Shown: positions 47,897 through 60,716 of the stretch, piece by piece
Layout: each line of letters begins with the position of its first letter
Numbering within the stretch: the first letter of the stretch is position 1
From: a phage
Sequence record: PQ478073.1
Strand: one strand, 5' to 3'
DNA: 64,000 nt
Notes under the pieces: model-generated
Told to the model about the DNA's origin: nothing
What the model saw: only the letters and a program-made list of their open reading frames with translations
Database searches by the model: none
Translations under genes and position numbers: made by a program

Positions 47897-50560
47897 ATGG
47901 CAGGAGATCTACTCTCACCTGGCGTTTCCATTTCAGTAACTGATGAAAGTATGAGTACCGCTGCTGCTCCTGGCACTGTACCACTATTTGTAATCGCTAC
48001 TGCTGAAGACAAACTTGTCCCAGGAAGCAGTGCAATAGCTGCGGGAACTACTAAAGCAAACGCTGGAAAACTACAGCTTCTAACATCACAAAAAAGCTCA
48101 CTTGATACCTATGGTACACCAATTTTTCAAATGAATAACGGTTCTGTTGTTCAAGGTGATGAACTAAACGAATATGGCCTACATGCAGTATATTCTTATC
48201 TAGGCATTACTAACCGTGCATATGTAATTCGTGCTGATATCGATCTAGCACAACTAGCACCAAGTGCTGAAGCACCAACTGGCCCAGTATCCAATGGTAC
48301 TTTGTGGTTTGATACCGCACAATCACAAGTAGAAGCGTATGTAGCGAAGAAAGATAGTCCAAGCAGTTTTTATGATTGGCAACTTAAGCCAGTAACTATT
48401 GTAAGTGCTGAAGAAGTTGAAGATGTAAGTCTAGTAGGTTTAAATGTTGATGATTTAGTTCTACGTTACAAACCAAGCAATGGTCAGATGCTAATGTATA
48501 AACGTTCTGCTTCTGGGCTAGTGCAAATGGAAACTTATCTATCACCAATTAACAAAGTTCCAGTTGGCTCAACTGTAGAAAAAGGTAACATTTGGATTCG
48601 TGATGGTTACACCCAAAATGGTTCAAACTATTTTGGTACTCGTTTTGTTATTAAACGTTATGCATCCCTAACTCAAGTTTGGAATATTGTACCAGCATAT
48701 ACTGGTAATTCATTCCAAGAAATTGAAGCGAAAAGTGGTGTACTAAACAATAGTTATATCGCATCTCGTTTTGATGAAGATAGTAAGAGTTTCTCTTTCT
48801 ATATTCAAAGTGCAAAACTAACAACAATTAGTGCTCCTGCTTTGCCACTTGGTGAAACTATTATTGAACAAGCAGGTGCTGATAGTTATATGACTTTTGT
48901 TTATTTGAATAAATCAGTTAAAGTACTAGCAGTTCCACAAGGCGGTGTTATTAATACCCAAACTATCATCAATAATCTAAATGCAAATGCTGAAATTATT
49001 AACGATGGTTTTAAATTTAAACGTGAAACTAATGGTGGTTTAGTTGTTTCCAATACAAAAGGTTACAGTTTCAAAATCACACAAAGTGGTGATGATATTT
49101 TTGCTGAATCTGAACTACAAAAACTAACTGTAGATAGTAACAACTACTCTCTAATTAACGTTAATAACTTCCGTGTTAGTTATTCAGTACCACGTAGTGT
49201 AGCAAAAGAAGGAACTCTCTGGTATGATTTCGGGAACTCCGATAATCTAACTGTAACTATGTATGTTGCTGATGTTGCTAATGATGAATGGGATCTAGTA
49301 CAAGAAGAAAACAAATATGTACAAGTTGATGAACCAGCGGCTGACCGTTTAATTTGGGTTTGTCCTTTGTCTCAAGGCATTGATGGTTATGATTTCTATC
49401 GTAACGTTGATGGTGAATGGGTTAAACTTGACAGTACTGATCAAAGTACACTAAATGGTATGATTTTCCAAGACTTTAATTTCCCAAGCCAAGTTCCTGC
49501 TGCGGCATTGTATCAAAATGGTATGCTTGCAGTTGACCTAGGTAACACTGAAGGTGTTGTTAAGAAAATGGTTAATGGTCAATGGGAAGTTGTTAGTGGT
49601 GTAAGTCTTGATGGTGCTGGCCTATTTGGTCGTGCTGCACAACGTCAACTAGTAGTTGAAGCACTAGCTGCTGTTATTATTGGTAATGATGACATTCGTT
49701 CTGAATTTATTGATTTTAACCTAATTTGTGTACCTGGTTACGTTGAAACACTTGATGAATGTGTAACTTTAAACACTGATCGTAAAGAAACTGCATTTAT
49801 TGTTACTGACGTTCCAGCACGTTTGAATCCAACTGGAAACGGTAGTGCTGTACAACAATGGGCTACTAATGCTAACAATGCACCAAGCAACGGTTCAGTT
49901 GGTCGTACAACTGCTTATGATTATGCTGCTCAGTATATGGGTTGGTGTCTAAGTACTAACGTTGATGGTGAAGAAGTTGCAGTTCCTGGTAGTACTATTG
50001 CAATGCGTACATATGCATACAGTGATAGTGTTAGTTATGTATGGTATCCACCTGCTGGTACAACTCGTGGTGTTGTAACAAACGCTGCAAGTACTGGTTT
50101 TATCAACAGCGAAGGTGAATATCAACCAGTAGTATATAACCAAGGTCAACGTGACGTTATGTATACTAACAACATTAACCCAATTGCAATGCGTCCTAAC
50201 CGTGGTTTGCTTGTTTATGGAGATAAAACTCTATCTGCTAATCAAACTTCTGCACTAAGTCGTGTTAACGTTGCTCGTTTAGTTGTTTATATTCGTCGTC
50301 AACTAGAAATTATTTCCGAACCATTCCTATTCCGTTTGAATACTCCAAGTACTCGTCAGGAATTTAGTGGTGTAGTTAATAGTTTCTTGGCTGAAATTGT
50401 TCAACAACAGGGTCTTTATAACTTCGCAGTAGTTTGTGATGAAAGTAACAATACCGCAGAGCGTATTGACCGTAATGAACTTTGGATGGATATTGCAATC
50501 CAACCAACTAAGAGTATTAACTTCATTTACGTACCAATCCGTATCGAAAAAACTCAATAA
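47897..50560 (+). CDS. tail sheath protein (T4 gp18-like)
   Basis: N-terminal LLSPGV and C-terminal GDKT...RVN.ARL...VVCDESNNT..IDRNE...IQP..SINFIY block collinear with recalled T4 gp18. Confidence 0.9.
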   Translation: MAGDLLSPGVSISVTDESMSTAAAPGTVPLFVIATAEDKLVPGSSAIAAGTTKANAGKLQLLTSQKSSLDTYGTPIFQMNNGSVVQGDELNEYGLHAVYSYLGITNRAYVIRADIDLAQLAPSAEAPTGPVSNGTLWFDTAQSQVEAYVAKKDSPSSFYDWQLKPVTIVSAEEVEDVSLVGLNVDDLVLRYKPSNGQMLMYKRSASGLVQMETYLSPINKVPVGSTVEKGNIWIRDGYTQNGSNYFGTRFVIKRYASLTQVWNIVPAYTGNSFQEIEAKSGVLNNSYIASRFDEDSKSFSFYIQSAKLTTISAPALPLGETIIEQAGADSYMTFVYLNKSVKVLAVPQGGVINTQTIINNLNANAEIINDGFKFKRETNGGLVVSNTKGYSFKITQSGDDIFAESELQKLTVDSNNYSLINVNNFRVSYSVPRSVAKEGTLWYDFGNSDNLTVTMYVADVANDEWDLVQEENKYVQVDEPAADRLIWVCPLSQGIDGYDFYRNVDGEWVKLDSTDQSTLNGMIFQDFNFPSQVPAAALYQNGMLAVDLGNTEGVVKKMVNGQWEVVSGVSLDGAGLFGRAAQRQLVVEALAAVIIGNDDIRSEFIDFNLICVPGYVETLDECVTLNTDRKETAFIVTDVPARLNPTGNGSAVQQWATNANNAPSNGSVGRTTAYDYAAQYMGWCLSTNVDGEEVAVPGSTIAMRTYAYSDSVSYVWYPPAGTTRGVVTNAASTGFINSEGEYQPVVYNQGQRDVMYTNNINPIAMRPNRGLLVYGDKTLSANQTSALSRVNVARLVVYIRRQLEIISEPFLFRLNTPSTRQEFSGVVNSFLAEIVQQQGLYNFAVVCDESNNTAERIDRNELWMDIAIQPTKSINFIYVPIRIEKTQ

Positions 50561-50567
50561 AATACTA

Positions 50568-50592
50568 AGGGAACCTTTTGGTTCCCTTTTTT
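50568..50592 (+). terminator. intrinsic terminator
   Basis: AGGGAACC/GGTTCCCT stem, T6. Confidence 0.65.
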
Positions 50593-50955
50593 ATTGTTTA
50601 AAATTAAATACCTTTATATTGATGTTATAAAGGGACATTATGGATATGGAAGAAATACTAAAAAGAACAATACAAGATGTCAGTAAAATAGTTTTAACTC
50701 AGTTAGAATCAATACACATACTAAATATATTTTTAAAAAATTTAGAAGATTGTCGGTATAATTGAAAAATACGAAGTATACACAAATGGAAAATGGTCTA
50801 TATCAGTAAACTATATTGACCACACTAAACGAAAAAGATACTTATATTGTGTTAATATTAATTGGTTCCCTGTTGATGACACTTTAGTTAATTAAAAATA
50901 TACTTCCAGATAGATAAATAATATAAAGATGTCATTCCATAATAGGAGAATATAA

Positions 50956-51642
50956 ATGGCTACAATGCTTGATCGATATGGCGTACCGCTCGCTGGCGGT
51001 GGTCGTATCTCTATGAAACAACCAAAAGCAAAATACAAATTTCGTGTTATTTTCTTTGGTTTTGGTACTAATGATGATGGTAATATGATTACACTAGACA
51101 CCAATACCGTTGGGGCAGTATCTGTATCACATGAAAACGTCACTGTTCATAGTTACAACAGTTCTGCACACTACAAAGGGAAATACACTTGGGATACAAT
51201 TGATGTTGCTTTCCGTGACTCTGTAGGTAATGCTTCTGCTAAAGCACTATACAACCAAATGCGTAAAGAATTTAACTACTACAGTCAAGAATCTCGCATG
51301 ACAGATTCACAATTTAAATTTGAAATGTGGATTCAAGAGCTTGATGGTTCTAATAGTGAAAATACAACAAACTTGTTTGAAGGAACATTGAGTACTTGGG
51401 TATGTCAAGGTTGCTTTATTGAATCCAGCAACTTTGGTGATTGGGATTATTCCTCAAGTGAAGCACAAGTTATTTCAATGACTGTTCAACCAGATGGTTG
51501 TGCTAAATTGGGTCCAAATGGCGAAGCGTTCGGTGATGAAGTTAGTGGCTTCGGTAATCCATCAACTGCTACCTCTATTTCTGGTGCACAAACTAATATT
51601 AGTAGTACTACTCTACCAGATAGTAACTTCTACGAAAATTAA
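50956..51642 (+). CDS. tail tube protein (paralog 1)
   Basis: immediately downstream of sheath; N-terminus paralogous to next gene (YGVPL...PKAKYKFRVI). Confidence 0.55.
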   Translation: MATMLDRYGVPLAGGGRISMKQPKAKYKFRVIFFGFGTNDDGNMITLDTNTVGAVSVSHENVTVHSYNSSAHYKGKYTWDTIDVAFRDSVGNASAKALYNQMRKEFNYYSQESRMTDSQFKFEMWIQELDGSNSENTTNLFEGTLSTWVCQGCFIESSNFGDWDYSSSEAQVISMTVQPDGCAKLGPNGEAFGDEVSGFGNPSTATSISGAQTNISSTTLPDSNFYEN

Positions 51643-51663
51643 TTTTATTTAAACTTAATATAT

Positions 51664-51692
51664 AGCCTCGAATCTATTCGGGGCTTTTTTTA
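51664..51692 (+). terminator. intrinsic terminator
   Basis: 10-bp stem with one wobble, T7. Confidence 0.6.
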
Positions 51693-51736
51693 TGCTAAAT
51701 AAAGTATAATGCCTTATAAAATAAAAAGAGGTTGCT

Positions 51737-52513
51737 ATGGCAAATAACATGATTAATAAATATGGCGTTCCTTTACCATCGGGGCGTAATCGTTCAATGC
51801 TACAACCGAAAGCAAAATACAAGTTTCGTGTTATTGTGTATAATTTCGGTACTGATATAGATGAACGTGATCACATCGCATTAGATGTTGATAAAATTGA
51901 TAGACCTACTGTAACATTTAGTACTCATAAACTATATCAATTTACTACTAATACTTCCTATATAGGTAGTCATGATTGGGAACCAATTACTATATCTATA
52001 CGTGATTCAGTTGGAAATGCATCAGCAAAAGCATTATCACGCCAACTACAAAAACAACTTGACTTTCAACGCAGAATAACTTCAAGAAATGACCAAGATT
52101 ATGGTTCTTATAAATTTGGTTTAGTTATACAGATGTTGAGTGGTCGTAACTCAGATGATACACTAGAAAATCTAGGAAGAGATACACTAGTAGATGCTGC
52201 AACTGCTGCAACAAATAATGCTGGCTTAGTAAATGCAGTAGATCAATTTATTGGTGGTTCTTCTTATAACAGTGCTGGTGTTATGGAATACTTTGTTTTA
52301 ACCGGATGTGTTATTCAAAACATATCATACGATTCATTAGACTATAGTTCAAGTTCTCCAGTTGAAATGGTAGTGACTATCAAACCAGATAATTGTATAC
52401 AATTTGATAACATTGAAGAAATGTATAGTACCAGAATTAATTCACTTTTACCTGAAAATGTCAATCAAGGTTTAGATATCATTGATCGTGTTTTTGGTAG
52501 TGTAGGATTTTAA
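51737..52513 (+). CDS. tail tube protein (paralog 2)
   Basis: paralogous to 50956 gene. Confidence 0.55.
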   Translation: MANNMINKYGVPLPSGRNRSMLQPKAKYKFRVIVYNFGTDIDERDHIALDVDKIDRPTVTFSTHKLYQFTTNTSYIGSHDWEPITISIRDSVGNASAKALSRQLQKQLDFQRRITSRNDQDYGSYKFGLVIQMLSGRNSDDTLENLGRDTLVDAATAATNNAGLVNAVDQFIGGSSYNSAGVMEYFVLTGCVIQNISYDSLDYSSSSPVEMVVTIKPDNCIQFDNIEEMYSTRINSLLPENVNQGLDIIDRVFGSVGF

Positions 52514-52524
52514 GGAGATAATGA

Positions 52525-54632
<2,108 letters not shown>

Positions 54633-54659
54633 CTTAAACGACCTTATGGAGTTATTAAA

Positions 54660-55196
54660 ATGAATAGATTACAACAAATCCTAACTGAAAAAAAACCAGT
54701 TTATGAATACCGAGTTAAGTTTGCAGTTGAACCATCACCGGAACAACTTAGTAAAGTAACACAGCGACTAATGGACCGCTATGATGCATTTGAAATTGGT
54801 GCACTTAAGAAAACAATTTTTATGGAAAAACCATTAGATTTCTATGAATTAGATTGTGGTGAAATTTGGATGTTTGATTTTAAATGTCATCGTGGTGTTC
54901 AATCAAACGTACTAATGTATGAAATCGGTAATTTACTAAGTATGACCGAAGCACTGATTCGTGTACGCAGTAAAGATGAACCTCGTCAAATTGAAATGAC
55001 TGACCTAGAAGATGATATCGATTTTGATGATGTTGATGAGCCAATTATTGGTGTAGATTTTGGTAAACCAGAAGACAGTTATGATTTAGCTGGTCAACAA
55101 CGTGCTGAAACAGCAGTTGATGATGCAATTGAAGCATCTAAAAAAGACAATAAATACTCTCAATATATGAGTGCTGGTTTTGGTAAAAAGGATTAA
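54660..55196 (+). CDS. hypothetical protein (acidic C-terminus)
   Basis: GGAG RBS. Confidence 0.45.
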   Translation: MNRLQQILTEKKPVYEYRVKFAVEPSPEQLSKVTQRLMDRYDAFEIGALKKTIFMEKPLDFYELDCGEIWMFDFKCHRGVQSNVLMYEIGNLLSMTEALIRVRSKDEPRQIEMTDLEDDIDFDDVDEPIIGVDFGKPEDSYDLAGQQRAETAVDDAIEASKKDNKYSQYMSAGFGKKD

Positions 55197-55199
55197 CAC

Positions 55200-55742
55200 A
55201 TGAGTATACTTAATGAAATGTTAGATTATGAAGACAATGAGTTAAATGAAGCTCGTCCTTATAGTCGTTCACAAAGTGCAGTTGATAGTGCAAAAGGAAA
55301 AGTAAAAGGCTTTTTTGGTAGTGGACAGATAGAACAAGGTGCACAAGAGGTTGGTGCTGAAGCTAACCGATTGTGGGCCGAGTTTAAACGATATGTTGGA
55401 CGTAAATATGGTAAAGCTCAACCATCAGTACCTTACGCTGATGTGGCACAGTTTTTTAAAGGTAACAATCTTGATATTAAACATTTAGGGAACAATCCTC
55501 GTCGTTCTTTTACACCAAAAGATGTAGGTAGTGCTCTATTAAATGCGGCTCGTGATTTAATGAATGATTACCGTGACCAACAAGGCGGCGAAGAAAGTTC
55601 AGAATCACAACCATCACAATCGACCTCAACTGAGCAACCAGCACAACAAGAACAACCAAAAGCACAAGGTTCCAGTATCCCTGATGCTCTACAAAAATTA
55701 AGTCCAGAGCAACGCGACCAACTGTTACGTATGCTTTCTTAA
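55200..55742 (+). CDS. hypothetical protein
   Basis: ATG-initiated. Confidence 0.45.
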   Translation: MSILNEMLDYEDNELNEARPYSRSQSAVDSAKGKVKGFFGSGQIEQGAQEVGAEANRLWAEFKRYVGRKYGKAQPSVPYADVAQFFKGNNLDIKHLGNNPRRSFTPKDVGSALLNAARDLMNDYRDQQGGEESSESQPSQSTSTEQPAQQEQPKAQGSSIPDALQKLSPEQRDQLLRMLS

Positions 55743-55755
55743 GGAGAATCAACAC

Positions 55756-57273
55756 ATGGATAATTTTTTCAGTACTGAAACTACCACAGTTCCTAATGGA
55801 TATGTATATACGTCACATACTGGTGCAAAATATGTATTTCTTGAAGGATTCTGGTTCAATGACAATAATATGTTAATGGTAGACCCTAGAAAATACCCAT
55901 CCATGTACGCAAGTGCTCGACAACAGATTGTCGAGCACAATCTAGCTTCAAATGAATATAAGATTGGTAACAAATATATTGTTGAAGGTAAAGAGTGTAC
56001 ATTTATTGGTGAAAACCGTTTCAATTCAAAAGATGGAATTCTATTAACTGAAAGTGAATTCATCACTGAATTAATGGCAGATGATCATCGAGTATATAAT
56101 GTTTCTAAAGAAACACTACAAAAAGAATGGAATGCATTAAAATTTTACATTCTTCCACCATATGCTGATGATATATCAATTCCAGCAGGTATGGAAGTAA
56201 GTGGATTTAAATTTGTGCCAAAGAATCACCGTTTTGTTGATATGAAATCAGGACGAGCAGTTGATCCAGCAATGACCCGTAAACTATCAGATGAAGGTAT
56301 GCGTATTGCTCGTCAGTTAGCTTCTAAAAATAAACTAATTCCAATCAAATCAACCTTAGTTCAAGGAAATACACGTTGTGAGTGGAATGGTAAAGAATTT
56401 TGTGATAATGATGGTAATGTAGTAATTCCAGAACAAAATGCACATGCAATTATTAATGCATATCAGCAATTTGTTAAGAATAACCCAAGTGATTTTCCAA
56501 CATTAACGGGTGAACAAGAACATAGTGAGCAACGTTTTGGTTCAGGTGAAAAGCCACAACAAGCTTCACAACCTGCTAAACAGCCAGTATTTGCAACTAA
56601 AGAATCAATTAATGAAGCAGATGAAGAAATTGAAGAATTTGAAAGTATTACTGTTCCTGACGGTTATAGAATGACTTCTTCTAAAGGAAAAACATACGCT
56701 AAGAAAAATAACTTGTGGTATGATATCGAAAGTAAAAAGCAACTTAACACAAGTGCTTCTAAAAGTGTTGAACGAGCAGCACAGCGTGATATTTTCCGTC
56801 ATAACAATTCCGGTGCTATGAAAATCGGTACAAAAGTTAAATCCAAACAAGGCAAAGAATATTCGTATGTTGGTGGTGACAGATTCATTAGTGCTGATGG
56901 TAAGTTTATACCAAAAGCAACTGCTGCTAAATTACTTGCCAAATATGAACAAGATAAAGAAGTTAAAAGTGATGAAACACCGGAAGTAGACTCTGGTACT
57001 GAGCAAATTCAATCAAAAGAAGAACCTAAGAAAGAACCAGAATCTGAACAAAAACCAGACGAAGTTCCTGAACCAGAAACTAAATCTGAAACAATTGCTG
57101 GTGATGATGTACAATCATTAGCTTCTAAAATTAAAGAGTCACCTTATGCTAAAAAAATCACAGTACTACTAACTCGTGGTGATGAGGTTTCTCTACTTGC
57201 TGCTGACATTTTACTTTCAGGTAAAAAGGATGAAACAGTGCAAATTTTAAAATCATTAAATAATAATGATTGA
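55756..57273 (+). CDS. hypothetical protein with internal tandem repeat
   Basis: TTVPNGYVYTSHTGAKY and ITVPDGYRMTSSKGKTY repeat units. Confidence 0.5.
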   Translation: MDNFFSTETTTVPNGYVYTSHTGAKYVFLEGFWFNDNNMLMVDPRKYPSMYASARQQIVEHNLASNEYKIGNKYIVEGKECTFIGENRFNSKDGILLTESEFITELMADDHRVYNVSKETLQKEWNALKFYILPPYADDISIPAGMEVSGFKFVPKNHRFVDMKSGRAVDPAMTRKLSDEGMRIARQLASKNKLIPIKSTLVQGNTRCEWNGKEFCDNDGNVVIPEQNAHAIINAYQQFVKNNPSDFPTLTGEQEHSEQRFGSGEKPQQASQPAKQPVFATKESINEADEEIEEFESITVPDGYRMTSSKGKTYAKKNNLWYDIESKKQLNTSASKSVERAAQRDIFRHNNSGAMKIGTKVKSKQGKEYSYVGGDRFISADGKFIPKATAAKLLAKYEQDKEVKSDETPEVDSGTEQIQSKEEPKKEPESEQKPDEVPEPETKSETIAGDDVQSLASKIKESPYAKKITVLLTRGDEVSLLAADILLSGKKDETVQILKSLNNND

Positions 57274-57295
57274 TAACTAAAAGGATTTATTTAAA

Positions 57296-58276
57296 ATGGC
57301 TAAAAAAATTAATGAAGCACAAGTTAAAATCGATATCGCAGGTTTAGAATCTGATGATTTGGAAACACTATCACGTATGTTAGCACTTGCTGGTCAAGCT
57401 GAACGTCAAGACCCAGTTGTTGCTGCTCCAGTACCATCAATGGGGTCTATGACTCCATCTCTTCCACCTATTGCTCCACTAGATCTAGATTCTATTGGTG
57501 CTGAAGAAGAAATTGGTGGAATTGAAACTTCAGTTGAAGACCCACTAGCAGCGGCAGTTGATGATCTTTCCGCTGATGTTGGTGATTTTGGTGCTGACTC
57601 AGATGAAGTTAGTATGGATGCTGAATTTTCAGAACCAGGTGTAGAAGGTGAAGAAGATTTTTCTCTTGACCTTAGTGGTCAACCTCAACTAGAATCAGTT
57701 GAAGAAGACGATGAGGAAGAAGAAGAAATTATTGAAGAAGAATTCGATTTTAGTCGTATGCTATCCCTTGCTGGTATTAACGAAGAAGAAGACGAAGATT
57801 TTTCCGTAGAGGGTAATCCTGCTACCGATAAAGAAATGAAAGATACCCAATTTCTACCAGATCTAAGTATCTCTGAAGATGAAGAACCATCTAACAGTAC
57901 TGATTATGGTCCATATGAAACAGAAGCTGATGCCGTTCGTGATGGTCAACTAAAGACTAATGGTGTTGAAGGTGACCATTTTGTTGTAATTGCAAAAGGC
58001 AATCAATTTTATTGGAGACGTGTTGTAGATGAAGATCTTGACAATCGTCCAGAACCTGAGTATTATGATAATGAAGGGAACGAAAATCGTGTTCATAAAT
58101 TTGAACCAAAATTCCCAGGCACTGCATTAGGAGATAACCCACTAAATGTTAATGAAAGTGAAGAAGATGATTCACCTGAAGGTAACATTGACTTGGAAGA
58201 TGATTCTGATGAAGAAGTAGAAGATATTTTTGAAAGTCTCCAAGAAAAATACAAGAAATTTTTAGGAGACAAATAA
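57296..58276 (+). CDS. highly acidic protein (scaffold/internal-protein-like or DNA mimic)
   Basis: D/E-rich, repeated SRML(A/S)LAG motif. Confidence 0.5.
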   Translation: MAKKINEAQVKIDIAGLESDDLETLSRMLALAGQAERQDPVVAAPVPSMGSMTPSLPPIAPLDLDSIGAEEEIGGIETSVEDPLAAAVDDLSADVGDFGADSDEVSMDAEFSEPGVEGEEDFSLDLSGQPQLESVEEDDEEEEEIIEEEFDFSRMLSLAGINEEEDEDFSVEGNPATDKEMKDTQFLPDLSISEDEEPSNSTDYGPYETEADAVRDGQLKTNGVEGDHFVVIAKGNQFYWRRVVDEDLDNRPEPEYYDNEGNENRVHKFEPKFPGTALGDNPLNVNESEEDDSPEGNIDLEDDSDEEVEDIFESLQEKYKKFLGDK

Positions 58277-58277
58277 T

Positions 58278-58673
58278 ATGCAATATAATTATCGTGAACT
58301 AGTTGAAGCGTTAGACGAAATTACCGGAAGAGATGAAGACGAAAGTTTTTCAGTTGAAGTTGAATCCGATGTTGTAGCAGTTGATGTTCTTAAGGATATT
58401 ACCAAATGTCTTATTAACATTGTTGATAAGATTAAATCTGGTGAAGACCAAAAAGAAATTGTAGATAAACTACAAAAAGCCTGTGACATTTTGTCTGATA
58501 TTCGATATAATGATGAAAGTACTGAAGTTGCTGATGATGAAGTGTTGGAAGCCATTGCAGGTTGTTTTGGTACTGAAGGTATGGGACCAACAATTGACAA
58601 AGAAGGTGTACAACACTATAATGAACCTGGTGCACCATCTTATGCTGCACGTCAAGGTTTTGTTGGAGACTAA
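58278..58673 (+). CDS. acidic hypothetical protein
   Basis: ATG-initiated. Confidence 0.45.
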   Translation: MQYNYRELVEALDEITGRDEDESFSVEVESDVVAVDVLKDITKCLINIVDKIKSGEDQKEIVDKLQKACDILSDIRYNDESTEVADDEVLEAIAGCFGTEGMGPTIDKEGVQHYNEPGAPSYAARQGFVGD

Positions 58674-58676
58674 TAT

Positions 58677-59057
58677 ATGTTTCCAGAACCATCACATAAC
58701 AGTACTGAATATCAAAATAATGTACTTTCCAAAGTTAGGGAAGTACATGAATCAGATTCAGAAATAACAGACCGTATGCTTCTGATGTCAATTTTTGAAA
58801 ATTTCAGAACTGGCGGTGGTTTACGTCTTAGTAAGTTTGGATATGGAATTTGTAAAGAAAATAATCTTTATGAATTTACAAAAATCCCCTTGCAAAGAGA
58901 ATTTAAAAGTTCTATAATGTTTACATCACTTGACAGAATATGTACTTCACCTTACTATGTTGAAGGTCAGTACATATATCTGACAGATGCAATGATAATA
59001 ACTGAATTAACATTGTGTTGTGATGATTTTAAACAGTTATTTTCTATTCATATGTAA
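58677..59057 (+). CDS. hypothetical protein
   Basis: ATG-initiated. Confidence 0.45.
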   Translation: MFPEPSHNSTEYQNNVLSKVREVHESDSEITDRMLLMSIFENFRTGGGLRLSKFGYGICKENNLYEFTKIPLQREFKSSIMFTSLDRICTSPYYVEGQYIYLTDAMIITELTLCCDDFKQLFSIHM

Positions 59058-59080
59058 GAAAAATGAGTTAAAAATAAATG

Positions 59081-59108
59081 TTGACAAGATAGAATGATGT
59101 GATATAAT
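59081..59108 (+). promoter_or_regulatory. sigma70 promoter P1 (TTGACA N16 TGaTATAAT), -10 flanked by inverted repeat
   Basis: consensus hexamers; tandem with P2. Confidence 0.6.
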
Positions 59109-59173
59109 AAGCATCAGACATAAAGTTTTCAAGCGTCACAAGATGTGAGTTTGAAAAAAAGAAAAAAAAGTGA

Positions 59174-59201
59174 TTGACAAGTTGAAACGATGTGATATAA
59201 T
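59174..59201 (+). promoter_or_regulatory. sigma70 promoter P2 (TTGACA N16 TGaTATAAT), -10 inside 7-bp inverted repeat GATGTGA/TCACATC
   Basis: consensus hexamers. Confidence 0.6.
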
Positions 59202-59300
59202 GTTCACATCAAGACAGCAAAGAGATTTACCTTTTAAACACACGGATGATTCATGAAGTAACAAAGGAACTGATAAGTTAAATTATTTTAACACAGTTCC

Positions 59301-59329
59301 TTTACTTTTGCCCACGGATTGGCTATAAT
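59301..59329 (+). promoter_or_regulatory. sigma70 promoter P3 (TTTACT N17 TATAAT)
   Basis: overlaps 10-bp stem hairpin 59263-59303. Confidence 0.45.
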
Positions 59330-59370
59330 AGAAACTTAAACGATTTTATCCAACAAAAGGAAATATATAC

Positions 59371-60696
59371 ATGACTACTCAAAACGATATCCTGAACGTT
59401 AAACTGACTCCAAAGAAAGCTAAAGAAGCAATGGCACTAGCTGACATGATTCAAGATAGCCTGATGATTTGGGGTAGCCCAGGTATCGGTAAGTCTGCAA
59501 TCGCTCGTCAATACGCTGATGAAAATTACCCACTGCGTAAAGATAACGTAGCTAAAATCGAGTTCATGAAACAACAAATCGAAGCTGACCCTGAAAATGC
59601 TGATCAGCTACGCCGTGAACTGGTTGCATTTGAAGCAAAACTAATCGACCAAGATACTAACTTTATCGATTTCCGTTTGTCTCAAATCGAACCAAGTGAC
59701 CTTCGCGGTATCCCTGTACCAGAGAAGCTTTTCCGTAAAACTGACGGTTCTCTTCTCAAAGAATCTGAGCTTGCTGAAGCAAAAGATTATGTGGCTGAAA
59801 CTGCTGTAGTATGGGCTGCACCTAAAGTACTGAAATTGTCCGAAGATTGGAAAGGTGTTATTCTGTTTGACGAAATTAACTCTGCAATGCCTATTGTTCA
59901 GGCAGCGTCTTATCAGCTAATCCTCGACCGTTGTGTTGGTGAGATGAAGCTACCTAAGACTGCACTGATTCTTGCAGCAGGTAACCGTGAAACTGATGGC
60001 GGTGTAACGTTCTCTCTTGCTACACCACTGCGTGACCGTATGACTCACATTGAGATGATTCCTTATCATCAAGATTGGATTAACGATTATGCGATTGCAA
60101 AACGTTTGAACCCAGCAACTGTTGCGTTCATCAACAACACTGGTTCTAAGTACTTTAACACACTTAGCCCACAAGATCCTTCTCACAGCGGTGGTACTTC
60201 TCCACGTTCATGGGAAGCAGTAGCACGCTACGAAGATCTCAAGAAAAATAAGACAATTGATAAAGAAGTGTTCCGTGCAATGATTGCTGGTCGTGTTGGT
60301 GAAGGTGTTGCGACTGAATACATTGAGTACGTTGAGAACGTTGCTAAACTACCAGATACTATGTCTATTCTGTCTGGTGAAATCAAAGAAATCGACGCAA
60401 CGCTGGATATTTCTGCGAACTACTTTATCACTCTGAACTTGGTTTATAAAATTATCGACCTGTTCAATGAGAAGCAAGAACAACGTCTACCAGTGGAAGA
60501 ATGGGGTAAACTGTGTAACAACTTCATCACCTTCCTAGACCATAACTTCTCTGCAACTCAAGCAGAACTGGCAGTACTGGCAATTCGTACCATCACGCTT
60601 CATAAGGTTGCGATTTCCATTAAAGATGTACCAGCGTTTAAAGATTTCATCGCTAAGTACTCTGAACTTGTACGTAAAGCACGCTCTCTTGGCTAA
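59371..60696 (+). CDS. MoxR-type AAA+ ATPase (CobS-like)
   Basis: Walker A GSPGIGKS, Walker B ILFDEIN, AAGN...LRDR sensor/arginine region; strongly biased codon usage. Confidence 0.75.
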   Translation: MTTQNDILNVKLTPKKAKEAMALADMIQDSLMIWGSPGIGKSAIARQYADENYPLRKDNVAKIEFMKQQIEADPENADQLRRELVAFEAKLIDQDTNFIDFRLSQIEPSDLRGIPVPEKLFRKTDGSLLKESELAEAKDYVAETAVVWAAPKVLKLSEDWKGVILFDEINSAMPIVQAASYQLILDRCVGEMKLPKTALILAAGNRETDGGVTFSLATPLRDRMTHIEMIPYHQDWINDYAIAKRLNPATVAFINNTGSKYFNTLSPQDPSHSGGTSPRSWEAVARYEDLKKNKTIDKEVFRAMIAGRVGEGVATEYIEYVENVAKLPDTMSILSGEIKEIDATLDISANYFITLNLVYKIIDLFNEKQEQRLPVEEWGKLCNNFITFLDHNFSATQAELAVLAIRTITLHKVAISIKDVPAFKDFIAKYSELVRKARSLG

Positions 60697-60716
60697 TTAA
60701 CAAAGAGTTGTTGACA

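Noticed and set aside
50641-50766. 41-aa ORF in the sheath-tube intergenic region
   Set aside because: No convincing RBS or recognisable features; the region more likely holds regulatory elements.
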